Assembly: GCA_030264375.1 (NCBI GenBank)
Contig: JASCQW010000027.1
Span: forward strand, 58,021,028-58,085,027
DNA: 64,000 nt
Source of the DNA: Carcharhinus longimanus
Lineage: Eukaryota
Reading direction: 5' to 3'
A program made the translations under genes and the position numbers. Shown here piece by piece: positions 12,861 to 26,748 of this stretch. The notes beneath the pieces are model-generated. The model ran no database searches and was not told where the DNA came from. It saw only the letters and a list, made by a program, of their open reading frames with translations. How positions within the stretch are numbered: position 1 is the stretch's first letter; each line of letters opens with the position of its first letter.

Positions 12861-15800
12861 AGTGGTAAGTTGAGCTGATGGTGTGCAGTTTTGGTAGTAG
12901 CCATGATGTGGAGATTACTACATTACATTATTGATCTATGTAAAGAACCTGAATATTATTGTACTTGTGTGATGGCCATTCTGGAATGTTTGTTCTTGCA
13001 GATATTTTATGAAGTTTTTTTTGCAAAAAGTAAAGATGAATAATCTCGATAAAGTACTAGATGCATGCTGACAATAATAGCAGTTCTCACAATAATAGCA
13101 GTTCTCACAACTCTTCCTGCTCTGACTCAGTAATATGTCATTGCCTCACTTCAGAAGAGCAATCATACTGCACCGATGTAATTTTTTTTCTCTATAAGCC
13201 ATGCTTGGGTAAATTTTTGCCTTCACTGCCTGGGTTGTAACGTGGTGGAACAAATTACCCATCCATTAAAGAATCTGTCCAATTTGCATTTCATCAGAAT
13301 CTATGGAGTGAAAGTCAAGCTGTTTCCTTAACAGGTGAATGATCTGTTCTGCCAGATTTCACAGGGGATGGAGACGAACATCTACCCTCTTCTGTTCAAG
13401 ATTGATCATTTTATCTCGTAGCACCTAGGAAGTTGGTTCAGACTGCTTGTTTCATATTCAAGCCTTTAGATAGGTTGATAGAAGACCAGGGGTTGAAATG
13501 ATGTGTGAGTGAGTGCCATGTGCCACCCCATTATTTCCCATTTTTCCAACTGAAAATGCAGGTGGAAAAGAATCTGAGAAACACACAAGAATGCCTGGTA
13601 TCGTTCATCCACCATATGTTTTATTCTGTACAGAATATATACTTTCTCCCCTATTGCTATTAAAAGCACTTGGACTATTCTTGCCTTCCAATCTTCTAAC
13701 CATGTGTCATCTCACGCTCTCTTCCGCAGTCAGCCTCTGAATCTGACTGGGTATGCTGCAGTTGTGAACCCCAAATGTTACTATGTTGTGAAGAGCTAAA
13801 AGTGGTATGTTAGAACACCATGTGCTTAAAATATTTATTATATATTCCATATGTTTTGAATTTGGCCATCCTGTCTTACTCATTAGAAATTGCTGGTTAG
13901 CAGTTCTGCCATGATTGGATTGTGAGTACTATGTTTACAATGTCGATCACAATTACAGTTGATGTGAGCTGTTAATGTTCCAAAGCTTCCCACTGAACTT
14001 TTCTCCAAACAAGCAAGTTATCATGTAATTGAGTAATCCATCATTGAATGAGCACGGACATGGAGATGCAATTCAATTCTTCACCTGCATAAGTTAGGAT
14101 CATTGCTAAAGGGTGCAACTGGCCTGATCATCTGTGTAAACAATATTAACCTTGAGGCTGCTGAATATCAGGAAACTCATTTGAATGCACAGTACGTGTT
14201 GGAACTCAGTTAAAGGCACAATTGACATTTCTATGTCCCAGACAAAGATTTAAACAATGTAAAACTCCCACCCAGGACTAGGGATCTACTGGTGGATATA
14301 GATTCACTGGGGGTGATTTTTCACCCCCTTCTGATGGCTGATGGGAATTATGATGAATGGGGCGCGGCCGAAAATCGGGATTCCCACCAGGAATAAGGGC
14401 TCTTGGGATTCAGTTGATTTATCCTATGGCCCCAATCGGGTTCCCGCTCAAAGTGGGACAGCACCAGGCGGGCTTTACATGTCTACCCACAAGCCAGGAC
14501 AAGGCATGCTGCTTCCCAAGGGTCCAGGAAAGCACCACCAAAACCTCAGAAAAGAGGGGCATCCACCATCCCCCCACCACTCAAATCATGGTTCACCCCA
14601 TTCAACATCACGCAGGCATGAGGGTGACCTGATCAGAACCCTTTAGTCCCCCTTACATCTCTCCACTAAGTCTTTCAGGGCAAGCAGCTTGGCAGTGCCA
14701 ACTGGGCACTGCCCCTTGCACACTGGCACTGACACCCTGGTCTGGTACCTTGGGCCCCAAGAGGGATCAAGGTGGGAGGGCCAGTGATCATTTGCATCTA
14801 TGTTGCTTCACGGGTGCAGAGGAAGGGTGTCACAAGGATCCTGGGAGTTGGATGGGTCAGGACTGGTGACAAGGGGTTGACTTTGTCACTCTCCACTGGG
14901 ATGGGGGTGTCATGGCTGGACTGCTCTTCTAACAGACATGAGGGTCATCTCTGGCATTGTGATTTCAGGCAGCTCTGTGATCAATATTTGCATTCCTGCC
15001 TGTCAGCTGTGAAAATTCTGTACTGGCTGGATCACTTTAACCTCTATGCCCCCTAGTCACCTGGTGAGATATTAAATCATTACAGCACCCCATTCTGCAG
15101 CAGAGATTTGCCTTTCTCCCTTTCAGAAGCAGATGAGAGAAGACCCCTTTGAAGTCCTCTGTCAGAGAGGATGGCTGAAACTCTACCACCTTGCCCACCC
15201 CGGAATTGGGACTGGCAAGGTTCCCAAAATGGAAATCTCCATTGGCCTTGGATGGGATGGCCCAAGCAAGGCCATAAAATCCTGCCCATAATGTCAATTT
15301 CACCAAAAGGAGCCCAGCTTTGCATCAGCCCCAATGTATGCCCACAGCTTTGATTTGAAAGTTGCTGTGGCTTCCCAGTGAGCTAAAATTGTTGAAACCC
15401 TCTCCATTGTACTTGAAGCCTTTGATCTGTAACAAGTTGAGCAAGTTCGACCTCGTAAAAGATTCAGCTGTCAGATTGAGATTTCTATCAACCTCCAGTC
15501 ACCTGTGTTTATTTTGGTTTCCCTTGGTGGTTGACTGCTCACATTGATCCACAATGGAGACAGAGTGGAATCCTAATTCACAGCCTATGGTTTCACTTCC
15601 TCTTTTGCAAACCACTGCAATTTCTGGAGGGGGTTTTGCACTCCCTGGGTAGAATTTAATTCAGATGACGCCAGTCTCCCAACCAACTGGAGAGCCAATG
15701 AGTGCCCTGTGCCAGCTCTATTGGGGTAGGCCCTCCAAATTAAGTGCCAATGGCATTTAAAGGGGCATAACAAAAGCAAAAAATTGGCATTGCAATTATG

Positions 15801-16857
15801 ACTCAGTTTTACTTCTGAATTGATGTTTTTTATGTGTGACATCAGGGCACCACAAAAAGAAAATCAACTTAATTAAATTCGAACTGTGGACAACAGTATT
15901 TGCGAAAGTGAACTTTAAATTGAACTTTATAAACTGGAAGATATGAATGTGTTTATTTGAATCTACAAATGATCTTTTCACTCGCTTCTCGCGTAGCATT
16001 GCAATAATTTGTTTTGAACCTTGGAACATGTTTTTAGCAAAGTATAATAGAGTAATTGAAAATTCGACCACAGGTACCGATGTGAAAATTGAAGATGTGT
16101 GCAATTTGCCATTTTCATAAAAAGCATAAACCTAAAGCTTATGGTCTCTTTTGCATCCCTTTTCTTGCTCCACTTTTAATGGTTATGTATACAACCACCC
16201 AGGCCCTATTTTCTACAATTGCCTCCATTAACTAATCCACTTCTTCTCAAAACCCGTGCCCTTGGCCATATTTCTGGTCACCCTTTAGCTGAACACCTAG
16301 ATTTTGATTATGCCTTTGTCGGGCATGTTGGGATTTATGAAGCAAGCTGTATAAATGCAAATTGTTGCTGCTATCTGTGCAGTGTATATCCATTCCCAAT
16401 CTTGGGAGAGAAGAAGACATATAATTTTTCAGTCATATTACAAGCACAGGCTGCCATCAAACCAATTGGATCACACAGTCGTCCAACTGTTATTAACTTT
16501 CACAGTTGACAGAAAACTAATCTTCAAAACTCTATTCTAAAATTAGAAGTTAATTAACGTATTCATGGGATGTTGAGAGGTCAATCAGGCATGTTTTAAA
16601 TAGAACTCCACCACCAAGTAGAGGAGAAATTGGTTCCTTATACACTTTTTGTAATTGATTATCTGTACAAATAGTCCCAATCAATCAGTAAAACAAAATT
16701 TAAACGGAATATACCAGAAGCAAGGAGCAAATCGGTAATATCAGGGAAGAGACAAGATAGGTCAAAACAAAATTTTAACCCTGTATTTTGGAATTTTTTT
16801 AAAGCAGAGGAGGATGCAAATCTAGGGAAATATTTTGTGTTGCTCCAGCAAAATGGG

Positions 16858-17172
16858 ATCATAGAATCCCTACAGTGCAGAAGGAGGCTCTTTGGCCCAT
16901 CAAGCCTGTACCGACCACAATCCCATCCAAGCCCTATCACCCGTAAACCCCAAATTTACCCTGCTAATCCCCTGATACTATGGGCAATTTAACTTTTCCA
17001 ATCAATCTAACTCGTACATCCTTGGAGAGCGGGAGGAAACTGGAACAACCAAAGGAAACCCATGCAGACACGGAGAATGTGCAAACTTCACATAGACAGT
17101 GACCCAAGCCAGGAATCGAACCCGCATGTCCCTGGCGTTGTGAGGCAGCAGTGCTAACCACTGTGCCACCCA
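16858..17172 (-). mobile_element. HE1-like SINE
   Basis: Same consensus as 10123-10436. Confidence 0.8.
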
Positions 17173-18069
17173 TGAAAAGATATAGCATTTCTTCTGTGTT
17201 GCACTGGATAATTAGACCAAAGATTGTTCCAAGTTTCTGGATTGGGGCTTGAACTGACAACCTCCTGATTCAAAGGCTGGAGTCTTGCCATTGAGCCACA
17301 GCTCACAGCTGAGTGCCAGCACAATTATGATTGACCATATTTTATGTTGCAAACCTTTGAAAATAAGCATACTGTTAGAGAAGCTCAAGGGTCTGACTTG
17401 CCTTCCCAGCATTTTCTGTTCTAATTTTAGATTTTCCGTAATTCACCATCCTGTTCCTTCACAATTGCAAGGTTAAAATCCTGGAATTTCCTTTGTAGGA
17501 AATTCAGTGTGGGTGTACCCACATCTCAGGACTGTAGTGGTTCAAAAACAAAGCTCCCCACCACCTTTTGAAGGTCAACTAGGGATGGGTAATAAGTGCT
17601 GGCCTAGGCAGCAATGCCCACATCCCGTAAATGAATGTGGCAAGACAATTAAATAATTTGAATACAAGTATGATCATTTTAAGTTCAAGTTACTGCTGGC
17701 CAGGGAGCTGATTAAAGGGCAGTGAACACAGGAGTTTTGGATGAATGGGACTTTGTGTGAGTTAGAAGACTGGGCAGGCAGGTGGATCTTGTATGAGCTG
17801 AAGATTATGGAGGGTGAAAGATGAGAGGCTGGACAGGATAGTATTGGAATCCAGAATTAATGATGTTGTTAGCCATAACACGGCTGTAACTATGCAGATA
17901 ACAGTTCTTGTGAATAAGACTGCAAGCTGGAAAAGATGAATGATCCATCTGTCTCATCCATTTTAAGAGGGAATCTTAGTGTAAACTGTCCCTTGTCCAA
18001 AAGGTGACTTTTGACCAGACTGACTTTTCTCCAATCACCTTCATCTGTCATTTCTTGCCAAAGGAAAAA

Positions 18070-18195
18070 ATGTGGAGATGCTGGCATTGGACTGGAGTAA
18101 GCACAGTAAGAAGTCTCACAACACCAGGTTAAAGTCCAACCAGTTTTATTTGGTGTCATGAGCTTTTGGAGCGCTGTCCCTTCATTAGGTGAGTA
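18070..18195 (-). mobile_element. Penelope-like terminal fragment with a degenerate hammerhead
   Basis: Homologous to 12735-12860; core mutated to CTAATGA...CAAAAGCTC. Confidence 0.55.
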
Positions 18196-18559
18196 TCAAA
18201 GCAAAGGAGGAGGGCAAATTGCCTCCTAACTCTCCAGAAACTCAATAATGTTCTTGGCAGAACAGCCCATTTGATCAGCACCCCAATCACCATCTTAAAC
18301 ATTGTTCTCTCCACCACCTGCACACTGTGGTTGCAGGGTGTACCGTTCAACCAAAACTGCTTTCAACAGCACTTCTCAAATCTGTGAAGAGCCAAGGGCA
18401 GATGGAGAATAGGAATCTCATAACCTGCAATTTCCCCACCAAGTTACACATCAACATGACTTGGAACTGTATCTTCATTCCTTTTGGGTAAAAATCTTGG
18501 AACTCCCTAGCTAACGACATTGTGAGACACCTTCACCATGTGAATTGCAGTGGATCAAG

Positions 18560-19279
18560 AAGAGTGAGCTGATTCAAACAAACCCTATGTGTTATGAATC
18601 ATATTTCAGTTAGAACCACTCTGAAGAAAAAGTGACTGCACAACTGGCATTTATCACTATGTAATGGCAGAACATGAAAGATTTACAGCACTGTCATTGT
18701 GCTTTCTGCATCCTAATCGCTGCATATTAATGTTACATCAATACATCTCATGATGAACACCTAGGCTATCAAATTATAATCTGACTTCATGAATTTTGAC
18801 AAAAAAAATCTTTTTGTCAGAAAAAGTAATATTAAAATAAATGCCATTGCTCTTCAATAGCTTCCAGAGTCAAAGAACTGCCTGATGTTTTACTGAGATA
18901 TATGATCTGTGGAGGTCCCACTTTGATGCCATGTTCACTGCTTTAAACAAATTAATTATTATTTTGCCACAACCCTTTGGGGCTAAGTAGGGGAAATAAA
19001 TCAGCAACAGCACCATTAACTGCTATGCAGTAATATCTGCTGCAAATTGCATCTTTGTGGATATTGTGAAGACATGGCCATGCTTGATTGTGCAGTCGGC
19101 AACAGTAAAATAGCCTTTTCGCACTTGAGTGTTCAGCCTGAAACATGCAAGATAGTCAATTAGGAAAGCAGCAGCCTCTGATATTATAATCTGATAGAAG
19201 AAGGGAGAAAATTGGAAGGCAATCTAATTATTTTAATGGTAGTGCAGTAAAAGCACTGCCAAGAACTTCTTTAATGCTC
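18560..19279 (+). repeat. Local duplication, copy 1 (inserted inside a LINE tail)
   Basis: Near-identical to 19746-20567 but lacks about 120 bp of internal sequence. Confidence 0.9.
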
Positions 19280-19745
19280 GCCACCACCTTCAAGGGCAAT
19301 TAGGACTGGGTAATAAAGACTGGTCTCACTTGTGGTGCCCATATTCCATGAACAAATAAAAAAAAAAATTGGGGAGCTAAAGAAGAAAAGAAAACCAAGT
19401 GAGAGAGGAAAACAAGATCAACACAAATATCTTATTCACCTGGAAAAAAGAGATGAAAGTCTTTCAGCGGAAGAAAATCCATCAGTGGGGTATGAGAGAT
19501 CATTAACATTGTTGGCAATAAGCTATTGATAGAGTAGCTTGTCCAGCTATACTGACTGCACACATTAAGGAAATCCAGTAAGTTGTACAGCGGAAGATGG
19601 TGTGTTGGATCAGAAGGAACTTGAGGCATCTGTTATTTGTATGAAAATATTTCTTAACGAGAGCCTGTCAGATTCTTGAGGGATGAGTTGCAAATACCAG
19701 TCCAATGAACTGTGCCAGCTGCTGTCATTCAAACCTGTTTACTGT

Positions 19746-20567
19746 AAGAGTGAGCTGATTCAAACAAACCCTATGAGTTATGAATCATATTTCAGTTAGA
19801 ACCACTCTGAAGAAAAAGTGACTGCACAACTGGCATTTATCACTATGTAATGGCAGAACATGAAAGATTTACAGCGCTGTCATTGTGCTTTCTGCATCCT
19901 AATCGCTGCATATTAATGTTACATCAATGTATCTCATGATGAACACCTAGGCTATCAAATTATAATCTGAGTTCATGAATTTCAACAAAAAAATCTATTC
20001 ACTAATGGCATTGACTAAAATATTCTTGTCTTCCATTGCTGAATGATCCCATTCAGCAACAGCATATATGTTTGTAGAGTGTCTTTAACATAGTAAATCC
20101 TTTTGGTGCACCTTTAATAGTAAAATAAATGCCATTGCTCTTCAATAGCTTACAAAGTCAAAGAATTGTCTGATGTTTTACTGAGATATATGACCTGTGG
20201 AGGTCCCACTTTGATGCCACGTTCACTGCTTTAAACAAATTAATTGTTATTTTGCCACAGTCCATTGGGGCTAAGTACGGGAAATAAATCAGCAATAGCA
20301 CCATTAACTGTTATGCAGTAATATCTGCTGCAAGTTGCATCTCTGTGGATATTGTGAAGACATGGCCATGCTTGACTGTGCAGTCGGCAACAGTAAAATA
20401 GCCCTTTTGCACTTGAGTGTTCAGCCTGAAACATGCAAGATAGTCAATTAGGAAAGCAGCAACCTCTGATATTATAATCTGATAGAAGAAGGGAGAAAGT
20501 TGGAATGCAATCTAATTATTTTAATGGCTGTGCAATAAAAGCACTGCCAAGAACTTCTTTAATGCTC
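19746..20567 (+). repeat. Local duplication, copy 2 (probable donor)
   Basis: Starts AAGAGTGAGCTGATTCAAACAAACC and ends GAACTTCTTTAATGCTC, as in copy 1. Confidence 0.9.
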
Positions 20568-20624
20568 AAATATTTTTCCTATTTCCCTTGAATGAACTGT
20601 ATTTGTATTAAATATCTAAACTTT

Positions 20625-20933
20625 GGGGTGGCATTGTGACCAGTGCCAGGGATCCTAGTTCAATTCCAACCTTGGGTGACTGACTGTGTGGAGTTTGTTA
20701 TCTGCTTTTTTAGCGTTCTCCCTGTGTCAATGTGGGTTTCCTCCCAAAGTCCAAAGATGTGCAGGTTAGGTGGATTTGTCATGGTAAATTTCCGCTAAGT
20801 GTCCCAAGTTGTGGAGGTTAGGGTATTAATAAGATAAATATATGTGGGGTTATGGGGAGAGAGTGGGATGCTCTGAGTCAGTGCAGACTCAATGGGCCAA
20901 ATGGCCTCCTTCTGCATTGTCAGCATTCAATGA
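20625..20933 (+). mobile_element. HE1-like SINE
   Basis: Matches the family consensus. Confidence 0.7.
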
Positions 20934-23439
20934 TTTGGAAAGATCAGCTCTTGTCAAAATGATGGAGTTATAGTGAATAAGTAAGACTATTGTTTTTTTT
21001 TAGGAAAATGTAGATTTGGTAAGTGCTCAATCTGATTTACAATTTGACTTTGATTCCTTTGACAAACTTTTAAAAAAAGATTGTATTGTTTTCAGAGCCC
21101 TGCTTACTATGGTAAAATAGAAGTCTTTGGAACAGTGACTAGTTGCACGAACTCTCAATGTTAGTTAGCTACTGAGAACATACAATCTGTCACAATCTCA
21201 GAAATTGTCACATCCATAGTAATAAGACAAATTACATAATTATGTTCCAATTTATTATCCTCGTGGAGGCTAAACAGGCGAGGCATATGTCTTGTTCATG
21301 ATTTTCTTCTGTGCAACCAAACTAAACCAATTTAATGACATTTAAATTAATATGGTACTGAGAACTTATCAATTTTGTCCAGATCTTCATGTTTTGCTAA
21401 CATAAAGGAGGGAAGGGAAATGAAATGGAACTAAAATTTTTCACTGGGTTCTGTTGTTTATGGGTTTAAAAAAACAGATAGCTATGATGCCTGATAACAA
21501 ATGAACTTACAAGAGCAAAGTTTAACATTTTGTCCAAACAGTCAGAATCTTACAGAATTTCGCAATCCTTTTCTCCCTCTAAAATGTGTATCAGATGGGC
21601 AGTAGAGGAAAATGTAGCTTTTAGAGTCATCAATCTATTGTTTTCAAATCCCCATCTGTCATCTTCACAGCTCTTTGTAATGCATTTTTAGGTTCGACTG
21701 TTTAAGCCCACTTTACTCTGTGCTGTCCACCCATTTGACCAAATGTTGTGTGTGACTTGGTGGGGAAATTGTAGGTGGCGGTATTCCCATTCTCCTTAGG
21801 CCTTTGCCCTTCCAGACGATATAGGTCACAAAGGTATTGCCAAAAGCAGCTTTGGCAAGATGGTATTCATTGTAACCACAGAATGAAGATGGTGGAGAGG
21901 GAATGTTTGTGGCAGTGAATGGGATGCTAAATCCCACAGTCAGACTTAGTTTTCTGCTCTTCAGATGTTTCTTTTGGATTTAATCAATTATTTTAATCAC
22001 TCTGGGATTCTCCTGCAGCTCCAGCATTCTGAATTTGTCTTTCCAGAGGTCTATCTTCCTTATTTCAAAATTTTTTCAGAGCATATCCCCTTCCCCTCTT
22101 GTTATTTACTCAGAATCCGATTTCTGAAGGCTGAACGAGACTTTTAGTATTTGTAAAGTTCCTCCTTGAAATTTTGCCTTGCTGCTGGAAGCTCAGTCAT
22201 TATTAGCTGCTGTGCGCTGGAGGTTCAGAAATCTGATTTACCTGTTGATGCTGTAATTGAAATCTGGGGGAGCTGATCTGAAGAAATTGGCTCCATGAGT
22301 GCCAATTTGCTGTACTGGAGGTCCTGCTATCATGTGTCATGTTTGGGGCGCTGACATTATTAGGCAGTTTTAAATTTGCCAACTTATTTAGGCAATGCAC
22401 AATTCTAAGCTGTTTCGCTTTGGCACTTTTGTGAAGGTTAGCATGAAAACATTCATAAAGTAAAAAGTTCATTTGACTATCTGCTTAATATTTTTGCACA
22501 TGAACTTGTGACAGGAAAGTGGGCAACATATTACGAATATTGATTGTTTGTGAAACCTATTGAGTATTATTCTCCATGATGCAGCAACATCTCAAAAGAA
22601 TAAATAGTCATTGGGCTCAGATACCCTGGCAAACATTTTCACTTTGGAGGCATGGCTAATGACTGTCAGATTCAAATAAAATCAGCAATCTTCCACAATT
22701 TATTGCAATTGATATTTGTTTGCTCTTTAGAAGTATGAATAAAAAGCACAGTGGCATCTTTTGTGTAAGTCGATGAGAGCAAGGCTGTGTAAATCACCTC
22801 ATTGAAGTTCTGTAATTAGGTTTAGAGCTGGTCATGTGCATACCTCTGTATAGGGCAGATTATAATTCCCAAAAGTAAACCAGCAGCACTTAAAATTGCC
22901 ACTTGGTTTCCAGCACAGTTTAATCCCTGAAACGAATAGAGTTTATGTAACTTTTCAATGGCAGTAGTCTAATTTTAATGTAGTGTTAATTAGAAATTGA
23001 ATATTCTTTGTGAAGTATTCTTTCCTTTCTCAGCATGCATTGTGTAAGAGAGCTATTATAATACCATAAGCTTTTAGATAATTTTGCCAATCAGAAGTAA
23101 GGATTAAAGTTGCAATGAGGTTGTGATGGTCTTGTGAGAAGTATGGAACCTATATACTCCAATGCCTTTTCTTTCATCCATTCATAAAGAACTAATACTG
23201 TCTGCCATTGAGGCAAAACTAATCAGCAAGAAATTGCTGCAAGCACAAAGCAGATCAGATCTGTAGAAATAACAGGCAAGTTTGTAAACCAAAAGGTTAC
23301 ATTGTCTGCTCGCTCAGCACAAATTGCCTGACCAGCAGAATATTTTCTGCATTGGTTGTTCCTTTTGAAGCATTGGTAGTATTTTTCTTTTAAAATGCTG
23401 TTATAAGTTCAAGAAGTAGTACAGTGTATATGTGGCACT

Positions 23440-24050
23440 GTGGGAGACCAGCAATTGGCTGGACAACTGGACTAATACATTTATTCCCCTTCTGAAGAAA
23501 AGTAACATGGAACGATGCACAAATTATAGAACAATTGATTTGGTTTCCCATGCTGGTAAAATCTTGCTCAGAATCATCCTGGAATGAATCCAGATGAAGC
23601 CAGTGAGATTGGTGATGAATAAACTGGATTTTGACATGGAAGAAGACCCGGAGACAAAGTCACTAATTTTAGAATCACAATGTGCAAGGTCCAAGAACGT
23701 CAGCAACCAATGCACTTCATTGATTTTCAAGAAGGCATTTGATTCAACCTCACATGAGAAGCTTTGGTTGGCAATATTCGACATGGAATACCCATCACAT
23801 TTAATCAACTTGCGGCCAAGATTTATTGTAAGCAATGAGTTAGTCTCAGCATTTCTGCTGCTCTTGCAGAATGTCCTCTCACCATATTTATTCAACACCC
23901 TGACAGAAATGGTTATGAGAGAGACACTTGCTAGACACAAGCATGGAATACGGATTGGCAGTCAGGAGTTTTGAATCTTCAATATGATGATGACATTATT
24001 CTACTTGCCAACTCAGTGGCTATAGAAGTTGATGGATTGCCTTGATCAAG
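23440..24050 (+). mobile_element. RTE-clade LINE RT fragment (resumes at ~24950-25030)
   Basis: FIPLLKKSN..RCTNYRTIDLVSHAGKILLRII, FKKAFDS..HEKLW and LSPYLFN, then a YDDD-like motif. Confidence 0.7.
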
Positions 24051-24052
24051 TT

Positions 24053-24785
24053 CACAGAATCCTACAGCACAGAAGAAGCCCTTTTGGCGCATTGAGTCTG
24101 CTCCAACACATCAGAAACACTGAACTTCCACCTAATCCCATTTATTAGTACTTGGCCCATAGCCTTGAATATTATGATGTGCCAAATGCTGACCCAGGTA
24201 CTTTTTAAAGGATGTGAGGCAACCCGCCTCTACCGCCCTTCCAGGCAATGCACTCCTGACTGTCACCATCCTCTGGGTAAAAACGTTTTTCATCACATTC
24301 CCCCCAATCCTCCTGCCTCTCACCTTGAACCCATGTCTCCTCGTAACTGACTATTCAACCAAGGAGAACAGCTGCTCCTTATCCATTCTGCCTATGTCCC
24401 TCATACTCTTGTACACCTTGATCAGGTTGCCTCTCAGTCTTCTCTGCTCCAACAGAAACAACTCAAGCCTACCAAACCTTCCTTCATAACTTAAATGTTC
24501 CAACCCAGGCAGCATGCTGGTGAATCCCCTCTGCAGCCCTTCCAGTCCTTCCAATAATGTGGCAACCAGAATTGCACATAGTACTCCAACTGTGGCCTCA
24601 ACAAAGCTCTATCCAACTCCAACATGATGTCCCTGCTTTTGTAATCTATACCTTGATTGATTAAAGGCAAGTGTCCCTTTTCACCAACCCACTAACGTGC
24701 CCTTACATCTTCAGAGATCTGTGGACAAAAGCGCCAGGGTTCCTTTGTTCCACAGAACTTCCTAATGTCATGCCATTCATTGAGA
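24053..24785 (-). mobile_element. CR1-clade (HER1-like) LINE 3' fragment nested in the RTE
   Basis: LEGLQRGFTSMLPGLEHLSYEGRFGRLELFLLEQRRLRGNLIKVYK and FTQRMVTVRSALP; the tail is shared with the HE1-like SINEs. Confidence 0.85.
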
Positions 24786-25474
24786 AGAAATACAACCTCC
24801 TGATAAACCTTGATGGGACAAAGGTGATGGGGCTGGATAGAAGACTTGCCTGGTTCTAACTGACAGAGTTTAGCTCGGAGAGGTTGATAGCTTCCGCCAC
24901 CTTGGGTCACTCATGGAAGTCCACTAAAGAAATTTGAGCTAGACTTAATAACAACAGATGGAATAGCCACAGCACCTCGATTACAATGGAAATTTGCCTT
25001 CTGAAAGCTCTTGTGTGGCTGTGAAAGCTGGACCGTCAAGAAATTATAATGACCAGCAGCCCAGTTTTCAAGCCAGCAACAGCTGCTGAAGGGTATGAGA
25101 TGACATTGTGTATGTATATGGGCTCATTACCCATTGGTTAGGCTGACTTGTATTCATTGAGGGCAACAGTCAGAAATTGGTATTAGTTTCACTGACTATG
25201 CAAACTGGGGGATCAAATGCCTTTGTACGAGATTGAGAGCTGAGTGATATCAACATGACCCTTGCAGGGTGGATGAGAGTTGCTAGGGGGAAAGTATGTT
25301 TCTCTTCCACATTGACTTTAGGTACAGAAATCCATGGCCACTCCAAGGTTCAAACCCAAAGTTGGGCTTAAATCAATTTTCAGGTTTTATGCTGCTGGGT
25401 TGAGGAGGGAAATGGGCTTTTGCAAGATGCCAGGGGTAGAGAGCAAAGACTTGTGGGTGGTTATGGATTTTTAA

Positions 25475-26010
25475 AATTTATTCATTTATGGGACATGGGT
25501 GTTGCTGGCTGGCCAACATTTATTGCCCATCCCTCATTGTCCTTGAGAAGGTGGTCATGAGCCAATTCTTGAATCGCTGTAGTCCATGTGCTGTGGGTTG
25601 ACCCACGATGCCGTTAAGGAGGGAATTCCAGGATTTTGACTTAGCAACTTTGAAGGAATGGCGATATATTTTCAAGTCAGGGTGGTGAGAGGTTGGAGGG
25701 GTATTTCCAGATAATGGTGTTCCCATGTATCTGCTCCCCTTGTCCTTCTAGATGAAAGTGGTCATGGGGTTGGAAGGCACTGTTGAAGGGTCTTTGGTAA
25801 ATTGCTGCAGTGTGTCTTGTAGATAGTACACACTGCTGCTACTGAGCATCAGTGGTGGAGAGATTGAATGTTTGTAGATGTGCTGCCAATCAAGCAGGCT
25901 GCTTAGTCCTGGATGTTGACAAGCTTCTTGAGTGATTGGAGCAGCACACATCCAGGCAAGTGGGGAGAGTTCCATCACACTCCTGACTTTGCCTTGTAGA
26001 TGATGGAAAA
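25475..26010 (-). mobile_element. LINE 3' fragment (GGGATGGGCAATAAATG tail family)
   Basis: Coding remnant SWNSLLNGIVGQPTAHGLQRFK plus the shared tail; related copies at ~18240-18560, 26930-27460 and 45080-45390. Confidence 0.65.
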
Positions 26011-26431
26011 GCCATCTTGAATTTTGCTAAATTAACTTTTAGGGAGAAGGTCAAATTAGACAGTTCTTTCCCATAAATTAGGGTAAATTTCTTGATGCTT
26101 AATATTTGTACACTTTACAAAAGCAATGGGTTTGAAGATCTGAGCGAGCTTTATGCTCCTATGCCAGTCCTTTCCAAATTATAGAATTATTTAATTAATT
26201 GCAAACATTTCTTGTGATGTGACCATTGCTGGCAAGGCTAGCATTTATTGCCCATCCCTAATTGCCCTTGTAAAACAGCTTTAATCCAGCAACAGTGAAG
26301 TAATGGTGATTTTAGGGTGGACTTTTTACTGAGCCAGTGTCCCAAACCTCTCAGCACAAATGTCAGGTGTGGGCCTAATCCAACTTTGCTGGCTTGCCTG
26401 TAGCAACTTAATGGCAGGTGGACTGTAAGGT

Positions 26432-26748
26432 CTCTACAGTGCAGACAGAAACCATTTAGCTCATCGAGTCTTCATTGATGCTCCAACAGAGCATCCCACC
26501 CAGGCCCTGTCTCTGTAACCCCACATATTTACCCTACATATCTTGGAACACTAAGGGACAATTTAACATGACCAATCAACCTAACACCTAACCTAACCTG
26601 CACATCTTTTGAGTGTGGAGGAAACCGGAACACCCAGAGGAAACCCATGCAGAGATGGGGAGAATGTGTAAACTCCACAATGGACACTCGCCCAAGGCTG
26701 GAATTGAACCCACATCTGTGGCGCCATGTGGCAGCAGTTCTTGCCACC
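26432..26748 (-). mobile_element. HE1-like SINE
   Basis: Matches the family consensus. Confidence 0.7.

Larger units (their letters stand above)
11720..13025 (+). mobile_element. Tx1/L1-clade LINE 3' fragment (ORF2 C-terminus and 3' UTR) with a nested Penelope-type insert
   Basis: Frameshifted VIWQNISS...HQDRAWLMVRKA...VRSFLH-like peptide, a TG-rich UTR and an A/T-rich end. Confidence 0.55.

Noticed and set aside
13071-13110. 18-bp tandem duplication (also a ~20-bp repeat at 59775-59821)
   Set aside because: Only two units; replication slippage, not a CRISPR-like array.
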